A DNA stretch of 63,910 nucleotides, the filler included, from Atractiella rhizophila (taxonomy: Eukaryota), in assembly GCA_021432655.1 (NCBI GenBank). It is 5 parts of 4 records of this genome, joined end to end, with 100 filler letters (N's around TTAATTAATTAA, not from the genome) between each part and the next. Parts side by side here need not be neighbours in the genome. Positions count along the whole stretch, not along the records: positions 1 to 29,659 come from MU271183.1; 4 more parts are not named here. The stretch is one strand, 5' to 3'. Within the stretch, counting starts at the first letter, position 1, and every line of letters begins with the position of its first letter. Positions 11,531-24,256 of the stretch are shown here, piece after piece. The position numbers were made by a program, and so were the translations under genes. The notes beneath the pieces are model-generated. The model was given only the letters and a program-made list of their open reading frames with translations, did no database searches and was not told the DNA's origin.

Positions 11531-14258
11531 TCAGCTTTCCCTTTTCGGATCCCAAAAGTCGCAATTTCTCAACGTGGGTGCTATGTTTCGTCAGTACCTT
11601 TCGGCAGAGCAGCTGTGAGAGGGACGAACGAATGTACTCGAGCCCCATTTTCTCGAATATCTCCTCTTCGCTATTCACTAATATCTCTTTACTGTCTGAT
11701 CTTCTGTACAGGCCACCCGAATCGAATTTCATGTTTCTGCAGGGCAATCGTCAATGAAAACTATAGTATGATTGCAGACCGCACTTCTTTTTTCCCCAGA
11801 GCCTTAAATCGCGCTCGAACATTGTACTTCCCGTCCACCCAAGCACTGAGCAGCCCCTTAAGTCAACCGATGGACACTCAACACATGCCAGAGGAGACGA
11901 ACCTCCGGTCCAGAAATACTTGATGGGACAAATAATGAAGTCTACTCTTCTCCGCACTCCAGTCCTTCCGCTCCACTTGCTCCCCTGCACCATTGCCGGG
12001 AAAGGCTGCCGAAGGACTGTGTAAGCTTTGTCAAATGGGTCTACCCCCGATGCATGGTAATGCCGCGCGTCTATGGGACGTTTGGAGTCCGTTTCACAGA
12101 GGTAAAGAGTTTCTTCCAGCAATCCTTTCCACGATGAGCCTTTGTCAGCGATGCGAGATTCATGGAATGAGAGATGCGCACCGTTTCGGTGTAAAGTGTC
12201 CAGAATTTTTTTCAGTAAACCCTTCTCCTCTCCTAGTTTTGGAACGGTGACGAGAATATCGATATCCTGAGAAGTGGGCTGACCCCGCCGATAGCTTCCT
12301 GCGACAATCCATGCAGCTTCAGGTGCAACCGATTTTATATGTTCGCCTATGATTTCGACAAAGCGTTCAATTTCAACTCTCAGCATCCTACTCCAACATC
12401 AACGTGCCGTTTTCGCGGTAGGAAGGAGAATACAAACGGAACCTCGTTCTCTTCCAAGAATTCAATGCTGAAGCCTCCTTTTGCACTCACGTCCTCGATG
12501 GTCCGGCATCCCTTCGCATATAACTCTTTTGCTTTTCCGGGTCCTATGCCGTGCACTTTGACAAATTGCGACAAAGCTTGAAAGCGGGTTGATCGTCTAA
12601 TACTCTCTAGATCGGTCGTCAGTGTCTTATCGTTTGTGAGAAACGGGCCATACCAGCTTCAGCAATAGTACCGCTCTCTATCCACTCCTTCACTAGAGCT
12701 CCGATTTTACCCCCTATCCCACTGACACCATCTACATCCTTCATAATCTTGATGGGAAAGTCCAGGAATTTCAGGGCAGATATGGCACGGGAATAGGCGA
12801 GAGCAGACGTCTCCTCGCCTTCTCATCCCCAATCAAACCCAATGCGGGCTCAGAAAAATGAATGCACAAACCTTCAAGCCATCGGCGCTTCCGAATCACG
12901 CTGAGTAGAGAAAGAAGAGGTATGTTCTCCGATGGGGGAAGTAAAGGAGTTGGTCGTCGGCAAGAGAGGACAGGGAAAGGTTTCCCTCTCTCCCACCTCA
13001 GCCTCGGCTGCACCTCCTCTTTCAGTGAAGAGGAAGCGAGATTCTTGCGCTTTATCACTTGTCCAATGGCAATGGAAGATGCTTCAGATTTAAATCGATC
13101 GACTGGAGGGCGAGGAGGCTTCCGTTCTCCATCTAAACGACGCGTCTGAGCTGCTAGCTGCGTTAGAAACCTGCACGTACCAGATCCACCATCGATTCCT
13201 GATCCGTCTGTTCCTGATCCATCAGTCAAGGCAGAAAGTAACGTGTGCTGAGGTGAGGCAATGAGGTAGTCTTGAATGTTTGGCAACGCGTTCTCGGAAG
13301 ACTCGAAAGCGTCCAGTAGCCAACGATCTGACACGACAGTCTTCTTTCCTTGCTAGATCCAATATTTGTGTGAGGTCACAGACGAATGGCAGAAATTCGG
13401 ACAATTGTATTTCATATCGCTTGATAGCAGAACGAAGTTCAATAAATGCATCTAATCCGTATTGAAACAAACAACCTATGTATTGATACTTTCCACTCAA
13501 AGTCAAAAAAAGCCAATGTTATAGCGTGGTTCTTGGTCTTTGCGAATCCAGTTAGAAATAGAGTCAGGCTGACTGAAATAAATACTCATTTCACATATTA
13601 ATATCTAAATTTCCATCAACAAGCCGAAGGGACACGTTCAAATACTTTTTGTGCTGATCAGTGTCGAAATTGATTTGGTTGTGCAGCGTGCAGGCTGACA
13701 AGCACCAGTTATGTCTGGTGTTGGTAGCTCCAAATTCTCGTAGCAATAAAGAACATCATTCATCTGCCCTACTAGCATTGAGCTCTGCAAAATACCATAG
13801 AGGAGTATGAAGCCAGGTTCAAGGAAGCCATCAAGTCGATGACGTAAATGGTTCACTCACTCATGAACTTTCAGAAAGTGCAATCCACAGCAAAAGGCCC
13901 CTCGAATGCCAGAGTAATCCAAGTGATCTTATCCACATAAAAGCAACAAAATCCTACACATCCCAAATCTCCAAAAAGCAAGTAAACGAATCTATCCACT
14001 TACCTCCAGGCTCCTTGCGATGCGTTTCAAGCTTCTCAAACGCGTAACAACGACCTCAGCGCCTTCCACGCTACTCAGCACTCTCCCTCCCATCGCCTCC
14101 CATCCTGAAATATAGCCTTCGATCTCTTCAGGCAGGAGTTTGGAGTCGATGATGTAAATCGTCGGTAACAAGACGCCAGGGTGAGACAGGCGCTTTCTTG
14201 GTGGATTCAGCGTAGATGTGGAGGAGCTCGAGGGTGAAGGGCGCCGTTTCTTCGACAT
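11531..14258 (-). CDS. Family X DNA polymerase with N-terminal BRCT domain (Pol mu/Pol4-like); 651-nt first intron 14003-13353
   Basis: BRCT (EVVVT..VVSDRWLLD), HhH (VHGIGPGKAKELY), GSYRRG..DIDIL, RRVDF, GWTGS.MFERDLR, EEEIFEKMGLEYIPPTLRNC. Confidence 0.88.
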
Positions 14259-14519
14259 TGTGGAGGTCCCTTCGTGGTTCTAGCTGTGAGCGTTGGGTGC
14301 GTGGGTCCATAATTCAGCAAGTGATGTCACGTGGCCTGTGACCTTTACTTATTACGTAAAGTCACAAGGTTGGTATCTATCTTTCTTCAGGTCTTTCGTG
14401 CTGTTATCTGCCTGTCATTCTTTCAACAAGTCAGTTGAAAAATAAATAAACGCAGGAGTGCAGGAAGCATATCCATAAAAAGTCTAAGAAGAAATTTAAG
14501 GAGACAGGAGGAAAAGAAT

Positions 14520-14609
14520 GTCGAAGTGTCCGAGTGGTTAAGGAGCTTGACTCGAATCAATCGAAATCAAGTAGCATCTGCTGCGCAAGTTCGAATCTTG
14601 TCTTCGACG
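14520..14609 (+). tRNA. tRNA-Ser(CGA) with 9-nt intron (14557-14565)
   Basis: Acceptor stem GTCGAAG/CTTCGAC with discriminator G, D-loop CCGAGTGGTTAAGG, anticodon stem CTTGA/TCAAG, long variable arm TAGC-ATCT-GCTG, T-loop GTTCGAATC, downstream oligo-T. Confidence 0.92.
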
Positions 14610-14610
14610 C

Positions 14611-14620
14611 TTTATTTTTT
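14611..14620 (+). terminator. Pol III oligo-T terminator of tRNA-Ser
   Basis: TTTATTTTTT immediately 3' of the tRNA. Confidence 0.75.
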
Positions 14621-15919
14621 CCCGTCTGAAATTGTCTTGCCTGTTCTCCTCGAGTTTAGGAGCACTTCTTATCAATTTTTGTACTAATTCTGGCTACGTT
14701 AATTGTTACAAACATCCCGACCGCACGAGGCTCTGTTCTATACTATACGGCTGATGATCTTGCTTTCTGCATTCTCCGTGTGTCTTCTCGTTGCTCAAAG
14801 GTTTCTCGAGCACTGAACAATGTAAATTCGAATATCCAAGATTCAAGGGAGGTTCACGAAACCCCAAACTAAACTAATTTGGTCCCAGCTTTGCAATACA
14901 CCACAACAGAAGCGGGACGTTTTCCTTTGAAGTACACTATGCATTGGTTCTACGAGTGTGGACACTGCTTTCGCTGGTGCTGGAACGTTGCCGGGGATTT
15001 TGATGTTTACTCCTCGCAGGTTTCTGCCCCTAGAGGCTTTTGTTTCGAAACCGGAATGGCACTGAGGTACCGGCTTGGTGATCCCACTTCTTATCGTGAT
15101 CACAATCGGATGCGACGGAGGAGAAGCATGCCTTGTTGGAGGTGGCCCGTAATTCCCAGCTGTTCCCTTGGACAACCGAAAGGAGAACTTAAGGAGAATT
15201 GTTTACACGATCTCAGAAGGACGGTTTCATAAATCTAGGAATGGTTGCTTTTTGTTTGGAGCTGAGTTCCTCCAAACAAGGTCAATCGTGTTCAATCGAA
15301 TTGGTGCGGAATTTGGCATCGCAAACAAATCGTCGATGCTCCCTTTTCTTTCCTCTCCCATTCCTCTTTGTTGGTCTTTGACCGGGCAACGTGGATAGCA
15401 TGGATGGCAGAGATAGCTCGACTTGGAGTAACAATAAGGAGGGCAGAAAGGCTGGTGCGAATGCTGAAGAACAAGAGGAAGAATAGGCCGATAAGAAGCC
15501 CAGCGTAGCGGAGTTGAGGTCACAAGGTTAAGTTAACTTATCGAGCACGCTTCCAAAATTTAAGGTCATCTTTTGTTCCCAATTGCTGCGGCCGATCCCT
15601 AAAAGAACAAAGGTCCAAAGGCCAAAGCCCTTGTGCTGAGCCTGCCCTTTTAAGGCCTGTCATCGCTTCTTCTCGCCTCCTCCCCTCAGTGCCGATCAGT
15701 GTCTGCCTTGCCCGTCGCTCTCAGTTGGAAGTCGCACTTGCCCATTGTTGGATATCAGTTAACAATAACCCATCTGCCTGATTATCGATTATACCCAAAT
15801 CCGGCCTCGAAGTGATATTAAAGTATGTCCTCTTTTCAATCATCCATCCACTCCTTGTTCTCCCCTCAAAATATCGTAATTTTGCTAAGATGCGCGTTCG
15901 AACAGGTAAAAAGAAGAAG

Positions 15920-17048
15920 ATGGATCAGCAAGGTCAAAGTCGAATCAATCATTTCCTCATCACCCTCCCTCCGATCGTCACCTTTGTCTCCTTCTTCCTC
16001 TTCTGGTTCTCCATCGTCAACCCTGTACCCGATCGAAACCTTGGACGTTCCGTCTTCTCAATTTCAGGAGATGGTGCAGCCTCGATCTTAGGCAAACATC
16101 TCCAGGCAGAAGGTGCCAAAGCATTGTTGGCTAGTGCTGAGAAGACTACTGCTGGACTTTGGATTGGAGTTCTTGGTATGTCCCCTTGTTGTTTGTTGGA
16201 ATCTGAAACGGTTGGATTGAATGCGATTACCTGAAGGTGCCTGCGCTCGTTTCAACGGCCAAGCTTTAGACTGCTCGGGTCCTTCCGCCGATCCAAATTA
16301 CAACAGGTTCTGGACGACTTATCTCACTCAAATCATCCAGAATCCCGTCTTGGTCGATCAAGGAATCGCTGCGTTGCATTACGACATTCCAGCAGTTTCT
16401 CCTGTCGTCTTCTTCGTTTCATTCATCCTCCTCTTCTTCGGATGGATCTTCCTCATCATCGCCTGCTTCCCATGGTACGGAGGAAACTTCAAGAAAGACG
16501 GACCATTCAAGTCGATCGGACTCAAGTTCAACCAGATCGGTTTGGTCTACAGCCTCAAGTGCGCCATCGTCACGAAGCGGATCGGGAAGAACATTCTGCG
16601 GCTGTCCTACACCATCCTTTCTGCCGGATGGGTGCTCGGATTCACAGCTTCTATCTCTCACTACTGGCAATGGAAAGCCGTCCGTGACGCGTTCAACCCC
16701 ATTTATGCCACCCTCGTCGCCCAAGCATTAACAATTTCCCCTCGCCCCGATCCCATGCCTGAACTCGTCGCTGCCCAGCTCGATCACTCGTGTTATCCCA
16801 TGATGTGGGTATGCTGGGCCCTCACAGGTTTCACCGTCATCGCCGCCATCCATCTCACGAACGATTACCCTCAACATGTCGAGGATCCTTTCCAACCTGT
16901 GCAGAAGAAGGAAACCTACGGATGGGATGGATCGGTCGGAGGTAGCTCGCAGAAGGTGAACGAAGTCGATTTCCCAGAAACCGGTTTCGTCAAGGCGATG
17001 CCTTTCGCGGACAAGAAGGAAGAGAACCTCAACCATCTCCTGGTTTGA
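15920..17048 (+). CDS. SUR7/PalI (claudin-like) multi-pass membrane protein, one intron (~16176-16236)
   Basis: N-terminal TM, extracellular LWIGVLG-AC..C motif, three further hydrophobic helices; GTATGT..AAG intron. Confidence 0.6.
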
Positions 17049-17665
17049 GATCCTCCGTTCCTACCACTGCTTCGTTCCACCCTGCGTATATGTACTCGTT
17101 TCAAAACTCATCCTTCCAGTAGCTATCAAAGCTCAGTGCTGCATCTTTATTCGAGCGTCGTTCTTTCGCTTCTTTCTTGATTCACCTCTCCTTGCTTTGC
17201 CCACCCCATTCGCATGGTGTTAGGTACATAATTTGCCTCTTTTTATCCACCTCGTTTTTTCTTATTCAGTTCGCAGCAAGATGAATTTGTATACGTTGTG
17301 TGGTACGGAGTCGTGGTCCCATTTTACCCTTGCCCTTTTCGCCCTTTGGATATCCCTTCTGCCTCACTTGTGCTTTTCGTCTTCAATCTGATACACAACC
17401 TTATTTTTGGTCATTTGCACTTATTCTCTTTGGATTATTACTACTTGTGTAGAAGTGTAAGTTCCATTTCAAGAACCTGCCCTGTTTACATCAGCTTTTA
17501 TGTGCCTTGCCTATTTGGCTTGTTCGTTGCTTTGTTGGATGCTGGATTGGAAGAGAAGCTTGCAATGCATGTCGATGAAAAGTACAATCTCTGTCCCTTG
17601 TTCCTTGTCACTGGTAGAAGAATCTCATCGATCTCATCAAGGATTACTTGGAGTAGGAAAGGCGG

Positions 17666-18934
17666 TTAGAGCCCTTTCAAGATCTCGTCCACCTCCCACT
17701 CGACATCCTCCCAAATGTTCCTCTCGCTCTTCCCTGTCCATCCCAACCTCCTCAGCCTGGTCGCCTTACTCCTACTGTTACCACCGTAGGAAAGCGCATA
17801 AGAAGCTTCTTCTTTTCCGAATATCCCACGTTCCCAACTCCTCGCCGCTTCACCATCTATCTTCCCTCGTTTTTTGAGTGCTAGGCCGATGGAGGAAGCG
17901 AGAGATTTCCAGCTGTGCGAACCGGTTTCAGCAAAGTAGTAGAGAGAGGATAGGTCGGGAGAGGGTGAGAGGAGGTTGGAAAGGATTAGGAGGTAGCCTG
18001 AGACTAGGGACTGGATCGAAACGTTGTCTGCCAAAGAGTTGTTTTAGCTAAGTCATGAATGGATGGGAGGAAGTGGACTGACTCCAGATCGCTTCTCCTT
18101 TCCCCCAATATCCTGAGTATCCCTCTTTGATCTACGCATATTCATCAACATCAAACTCCACAGCAAAAATACAAAAGGCTCACCGCCAACCGCACTAAAT
18201 TGGGAATCTGCTGGCTCAATCTATTGAACGGTCCTTCCCCAATGCCATAAATCAAAGGGGGCAAAACGATCTGGATCCTTGCATCCCCTCCCTCCTTTCC
18301 CTCCACAAACCGCTTTATTTCGAGGTCCATCTGACGATGGGGAGCGTCGTCTTCCAACCTTTCGTCCATTTCCGCAGGCAATGTATCGTCGTACACGTAT
18401 TCGGACAGCTCCCCATCATCGTATTTGCAGAGCTCACCGGTACCTGAGGTGTGGATGTAGACTATCGGTTTGGAGGAATCGCAGCGTGTCGATATGCCGT
18501 GAAGGATGGCGCGGACGGAGGGAAGATGATCAGAGGACGCCGCGTTGATTATCTGTTCATTGTGTCCAGGTCATCAGCACAACTCTATCATGAAGATAGA
18601 CATAATGAAGTGAGGGATGTCGGTGAAAGATACGAACCACATCACTCGCTCTCGTCTCTGAAGCTATCAACTCCGTATCATCGAGACCCCCAAACACCGG
18701 ACGGACCCCGAGCTCCCTTAGCTTCTGAGCTTGCTCCTCTCGTCGAACTAGAGCAGAAAAGGTGAATGTGTCTTTGTAAGGAGACGTGGTAAGGAGGGCA
18801 TGGAGGATTGCACCGCCGATATAGCCAGGCCCCAGGAGGAAGAGTGACTTTTTGGGAGAAGGAGGGTTAGGAGAGGAGGAGGTGTGAAAGCGGAGACGGA
18901 TGTTGAGCTGTTGTTGTGATGGGTTCTGCATCAT
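17666..18934 (-). CDS. NAD(P)-binding atypical SDR / epimerase-dehydratase family protein, multi-exon
   Basis: LFLLGPGYIGG Rossmann motif, IINAASSDH, YIHTSGTG, IVLPPLIYG.G, C-terminal GGNSRSKATRLRRLGW. Confidence 0.85.
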
Positions 18935-20116
18935 GATGATTGGAAGGCTGAATTCAAATTGTCAGAGGGATATACAATATAAAGATGCCATAGCAAAGAA
19001 TAAAAGAGAGTCATTTTGCACGAAAAAGTCACGGAGCTGCTCATTCTCTTCCCTGTGCAGGAAGAGCATGAAGAAAGGAGCATCCAGAGCTTTCTTAGCC
19101 AACTATAGAGTACTCTCCATTGCTGTCCTTATAATATTCCCTCAAAGAAGGGCAAATGCGGAACGACAACAAGCTGAGATTCTACTAAACTCAGCCTGCA
19201 GCTGCCCTTACAAATACGCTGAAAGTTTGAAGGGGAACACAGCGGTGCAGTGATAGACTACCGCTATGCTATTCTGCGATTTTGACAGCTCGGATTAATG
19301 GCTTCAGCTGAAACTTTTATTGTGAAACTTAGTGCAAAGATAAAAAAGCGCTCCTGAGTGCTTATTTTCAAGTAAAATGGAGCGAAGAGACGTTGTTTTA
19401 CACGTGCTCAGGAGCAAAACTTGAAATGAACACAATAATCTCGCACCTTGAACAATCAAACGAACAAATAGTACGCAGACTCCTCTTTTAACAACTCAGC
19501 CACTGATGAAGGCAACTGTTATTATTTCTCCGTTGCTTGCTCAATCTGATGTTGAAATTGTCACGTGATATTTGGATTCTCGGATTGAGATTTCTTTGTC
19601 CCCAATCCCAATTCCGATAATTCTCAACTTCCCGCTAGTCTATCGCGCTTCCCCCCAACACTTTAGGTTCAGCCGCTCCAGCAGTGTCGTCGTCCGTCAG
19701 GTCAAGATACCCATCTTCTATCCATCGCTTGCGTCAGGGTTGAGTGTTTTGACGTCGGGTCTGCGTCGCCATCATTTCCTGTGCATCCAGGTGCATACCA
19801 TTGCACTTCAAACTTCAGGTTAACAGGGGAACGTTGAACTGACCAAGAAGCGGACCTGGAGTCTTTGACACCGCGGTCGAACGAGGAGGCACTAGTGACG
19901 AGAAGAGTGAGCAATCCCAGAAGTCCGTAAATACTATCGAGTACTCTTCCAATCAGTACTTCAACTCGGCAACACAAAATCAAAATTCAAGGTAGCTTCA
20001 GTACCAGCGGACACTTATACCATATTACAATCATCAATCATCAGTAGTTCATCAGTCCACTTTCTCCCATATTTTTCTATATCAAGCAGCTCCACATTCC
20101 TGTCTTTGTGATACGT

Positions 20117-23100
20117 ATGGTCAATATCGACTTTTCCAACCTCTCCCGCGCTACGACTTTCTCTTCCACAGCGGTTGAGACGGGGGAAGATACTTGGTGG
20201 AACAAAGTCGAAGCATGGAGTCGAGAGCATTTGAACTTCTTCCGGTAATTACTCGTTCCGTTCGAGCTGTGAACCTGAGTCTGATGTTGAGGATAGTATT
20301 CATCTCATAGTCATTGTTAGCGTTTCGTTCATTGCTTCTGGCATCTTTTACGCTTCCAGGAAGGAAGAGGATAATGTAGTTTTCCTTTCACTCTTTCGAA
20401 TTGAGCTGACATCAAAACCTGAACAGATCAGGTATATCGATGCGCTCTTCCTGTATGTAACCCCTTTCTCGCTTCCGTCAGGCCTGTGATGGTCGATAAA
20501 CGACTGAGCAAGCGCAACGGTTGCAGATGTGTATCAGCCACCACCGTCACAGGGCTGCAGACGATCTTGTGCGCTCGTCATCTGTTGTAACCTCGTCTCC
20601 TTGACAAACTATGATGCTGGACGCAGAATCAACCCACTCTCACGCTGGCAACAAGTCATCCTCTACGTCAGTTTCTCTCTCCCCTCTTTCTACTGTCCAA
20701 TGCAAGCTCACTTCCTCAAACAGATATGTACACAAATTGGGTCAATCGTCAGTCTCTTCCTCCTCTCCCGCCACCCTCTTTATGCTCACCTTAAGCACAG
20801 CCCGTCGTTGCTTTCCTCACGGTCATCATCCGCCTCCACTTCTTCCGAGAGGCGATCCAAACGGCTGTAGAGACCAATCCTGGGTTATTGAAGAGGTTCA
20901 GGAAGCAAGTCGTCAGAACTTTCACGACCCGACCGACACAGGCAAGTGGAGCGGCGGAAGGGACGGGGTGGTTGAAGAAGTGGGTGGAGAAGACGGAGAA
21001 GGAGCAAGAGGAGAAGGAACAGGCGGAGGGACAGGAGGAAGTAGCGGAGGAACGAAAGGAGGCTGAGAGAAGAGAGGGACAGAGCGACGCGACTTCTGCT
21101 ACTAGGGTTTCTGATGCCAACGAACCCGCCATGGCCACGAATTCGGAAGGACAGGGCACGGCAGAGATCCGAACGGAAGCTCAACAGCCTTCTGCTGCCC
21201 TCCAACGGCGGACTACCATCAACTTTGCCTCCCCTCCTTCTTCCACTCCTGCGTCACGTCCAGATGATCATATCCGCTTCCGAAAGGCAGCAAGAAAGGT
21301 ACCAGCGATAGCGATTATCGCTTCGCCATCTTCTACCTCAGATCCTTCCGAAAACGCAGGAGTCCAACGTGGCATTCCCCTCTCCGCTGTCACCTCAAGT
21401 CCTACGAGCTATGCATTTGGAGAGAGCCCATTTAGACAGGGAACCATGGCTTATGAGCCTAAGGCTGGAATTGGGAACGGATTGCATGGCGGCACTGCTG
21501 GAGGGCAGAAGAACCCAGCCCTGTACAGTGAGGTCGGGGGTTTTAGGAATCCGGTGTGGGAGATCGCGAAATGGAGCGCAAGACAAGCGCACAGGCGACT
21601 GACCATGGTCCAGACACAGACTCAGGGGAGTGGGATCAAGAGAACGAAAACTGGGCTAGGCGAGGAGGAAGGAGTGGAGGAGGTGGAACTGGAGGATGTC
21701 TGGGATAAGGTCGTGGGTTATTTGAGCTTTGATGTCCGTGGAAAGGTCGGAAAGAACTCTAACTTCAAACGCTTGACCTTGGAAGAACAGGAAGAACTTG
21801 GGGGAGTGGAGTACAAGGCGCTGATGGCGCTCGCTTGGATTGTGGGTGGTACGTATTCTATACCCAATGGCGAAAATTGATGCGAACTTTCCTTAGGTTA
21901 TTGGGTCGGCCTCCAACTCATTTCCACCATTATTCTAGCACCTTACTTCAAGGCCGGACACTTCAAAGACATCTTTCAAGCTAATGGAGATCCTAACACT
22001 ACCTGGTATTCCTTCTTTCAAGTCGCATCGTCTCTCGCCAACAATGGTATGAGGTATGCCCTCCTTTTCCCACCGTTGATTGGATCTTGACTGCCCCTAT
22101 AGCTTAGTGGACGCTTCTCTAGTACCATTCCGGGAGACCTACCTCCTCAGTATCATGTGTGCCCTCCTCATCGTAGCTGGAAACACGTACGCTGCACTTT
22201 AATCCTATGATCTTGGCTGATGGAGAGGCCAGAGGTTACCCAATTTTCCTACGCTTTATCATCTGGACGCTGAACAAAATCCGTCCCTCTCCTTCTCTTC
22301 AATTCCTCCTCGATCATCCACGCCGGTGTTTCCTCTACCTCTTCCCATCGTACCAGACCTGGTTCCTTGTCATCATCCTCTTTGTCTTCCTCGTCGTCGA
22401 CTGGCTCTCCCTTCTCTTACTCAACATCGACTTGGAAGTTATCGAATCCATCCCTCTTGGCCAAAGGGTCGGGTTAACTCTCATACAAAGCCTCCTGATA
22501 AGGAGCGCGGGGATGCAGCTGATACCTGTCGGCTCGTTATCTCCAGCTCAACAGTTCTGGTTTGTCCTCCACTTCGTAGAACATGACTCATTACAATGCT
22601 GATTTGGGTATTGTAACCAGGTACGCCGTCCTCATGTACATCACGGTCTACCCTATTGCGGTGTCAATTCGTTCGACGAATGTATACGAGAATAAGAGTG
22701 TGGGAGTGTTTGAGGAGGATTCAGACAGCGAGGCAGAAGAAGCCGACCTAGATAAGAAGAATGATCCAGGAGAATACGTCGGATATCATGTTAGGAAGCT
22801 ACTTGAATTTGACATTTGGTGGCTTGGTGAGCTAACACACATCCATATTGAATTGACAAACGCTCATCGTTTCTCGCAGTGTTTGGCATTTGGCTCATTT
22901 GCGTCTCGGAACGAGGTGCACATTTCTTTTCAGATGGAGATAGCTTGCTCATAAAGTGTGAAAGCCCTCATACGTAATAGCTCAAACAATGACTGGTTCA
23001 ACTTCCAAACGGTCCGATTTCTGCCCTACATCAAATGCTCACGTACTCAAATATATACAGGTCCTCTTCGAGGTCACGTCTGCATATGGAACGACAGGGC

Positions 23101-23444
23101 TATCCACTGGCGTACCTTATGCCAGTTACTCCCTCTCTGGAGCCTTCAACACCTTTTCCAAACTCGTCATCTGCGTCGTCATGATCCGCGGTCGTCACCG
23201 CGGCCTACCGCTGGCCATCGACCGCTCTGTCCTCCTCCCCAGCACGCTGGAAGAACACGGCGAGTTTCGAGCTCCAGGGCAAGGGGAGAGGGAAAGGAAG
23301 ATGACTATGATGGCGGAGCAACATGCGGGAAGAGAGGAAGCCGCTGGGCCTACAAGCTCACCTCCAATTGTTCAAGACGTGGACGACACTGTCGTGGATA
23401 GTCCAACATCTGTGGAAAGGACGGTATCTTTTGAGCCAAGATGA
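20117..23444 (+). CDS. TRK: Trk-type potassium transporter, many exons
   Basis: LNFFRIH, YIDALFLCVSATTVTGL, GKNSNF..LT.E..EELGGVEYKAL, FLLDHPRRCF..LFP, MYITVYPIAVSIRSTNVYE, FEVTSAYGTTGLS, IRGRHRGLP.AIDR. Confidence 0.92.
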
Positions 23445-24256
23445 AGGGATGACGAAGATTGGGATAGATGGGAACAAATAAGCTATAGTCATTTTCATTT
23501 TGGGTTGAGGTGCATGCCTTCCTTACATTCTCATTTTCAGTTGCCTATTCCTTGAACTTTTTGCTCTATTTTGTGATACAGAGCCTGCCGTGGAAGGGTG
23601 ATCAACATCCAGTTTGTGTATATCCTCACCGTCATTCTTCCTTTCAATCAGATCAACCCAAAAGGGAAACGACGCCAGAAAGGAGGGATTTGGATCCTGG
23701 TCGAAGAGTGACAAAGAGAGCTAACTTGAACTACATCCGAGACATTACGCGAACAGCAAACACTGGCATGGTCTTCAGCCACTTAAAGCAAGCGTGTTTT
23801 CGCTGGCGGGTATTTTGTCCGCCTTTAGTTCATCCATTTTCACCCAATCTAATAACTTGAAGGGTTGGCCAGCGCTGGTGTGGAATTAGTATGCTGAAAA
23901 TCCTGACCGTTCCTCTCCCTTTACGTTGTGATAGGATCCTCTCCCCGTTCGCACCAAGATCCCCTTCATGCAAGGACTGAGTACTCAATCCTCCTCAGAA
24001 ACCTAAGTGCTTTCGCTGATAAGGTTGAAACTCTCTTTGTGTTAAGTGTCAGTAATTGGTATTCAATTCAACTTGCACAACCTCCAAGTAGACGTAGCTA
24101 ACTTGACATAGTTAGACCGACGTTTGGGTAGATGGATAAACGGAATTGAATTATGAATTTACGAATCGTCCGACTCAAGCTCATAGCTCGCTCTTTGACA
24201 TGAACCTGTCCTAAACACCTACACAACTTCGTGACGGTCAGCATTTGCGTACATTA

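Noticed and set aside
10040..14609. Pol III subunit gene near a tRNA gene
   Set aside because: No evidence for a functional link; coincidental proximity is plausible.
14855..15003. Minus-strand AAAATCCCCGG..GGGGTTTC resembling RNase MRP P4
   Set aside because: CR-I and CR-V deviate from consensus and there is no paired GARAR P8 loop.
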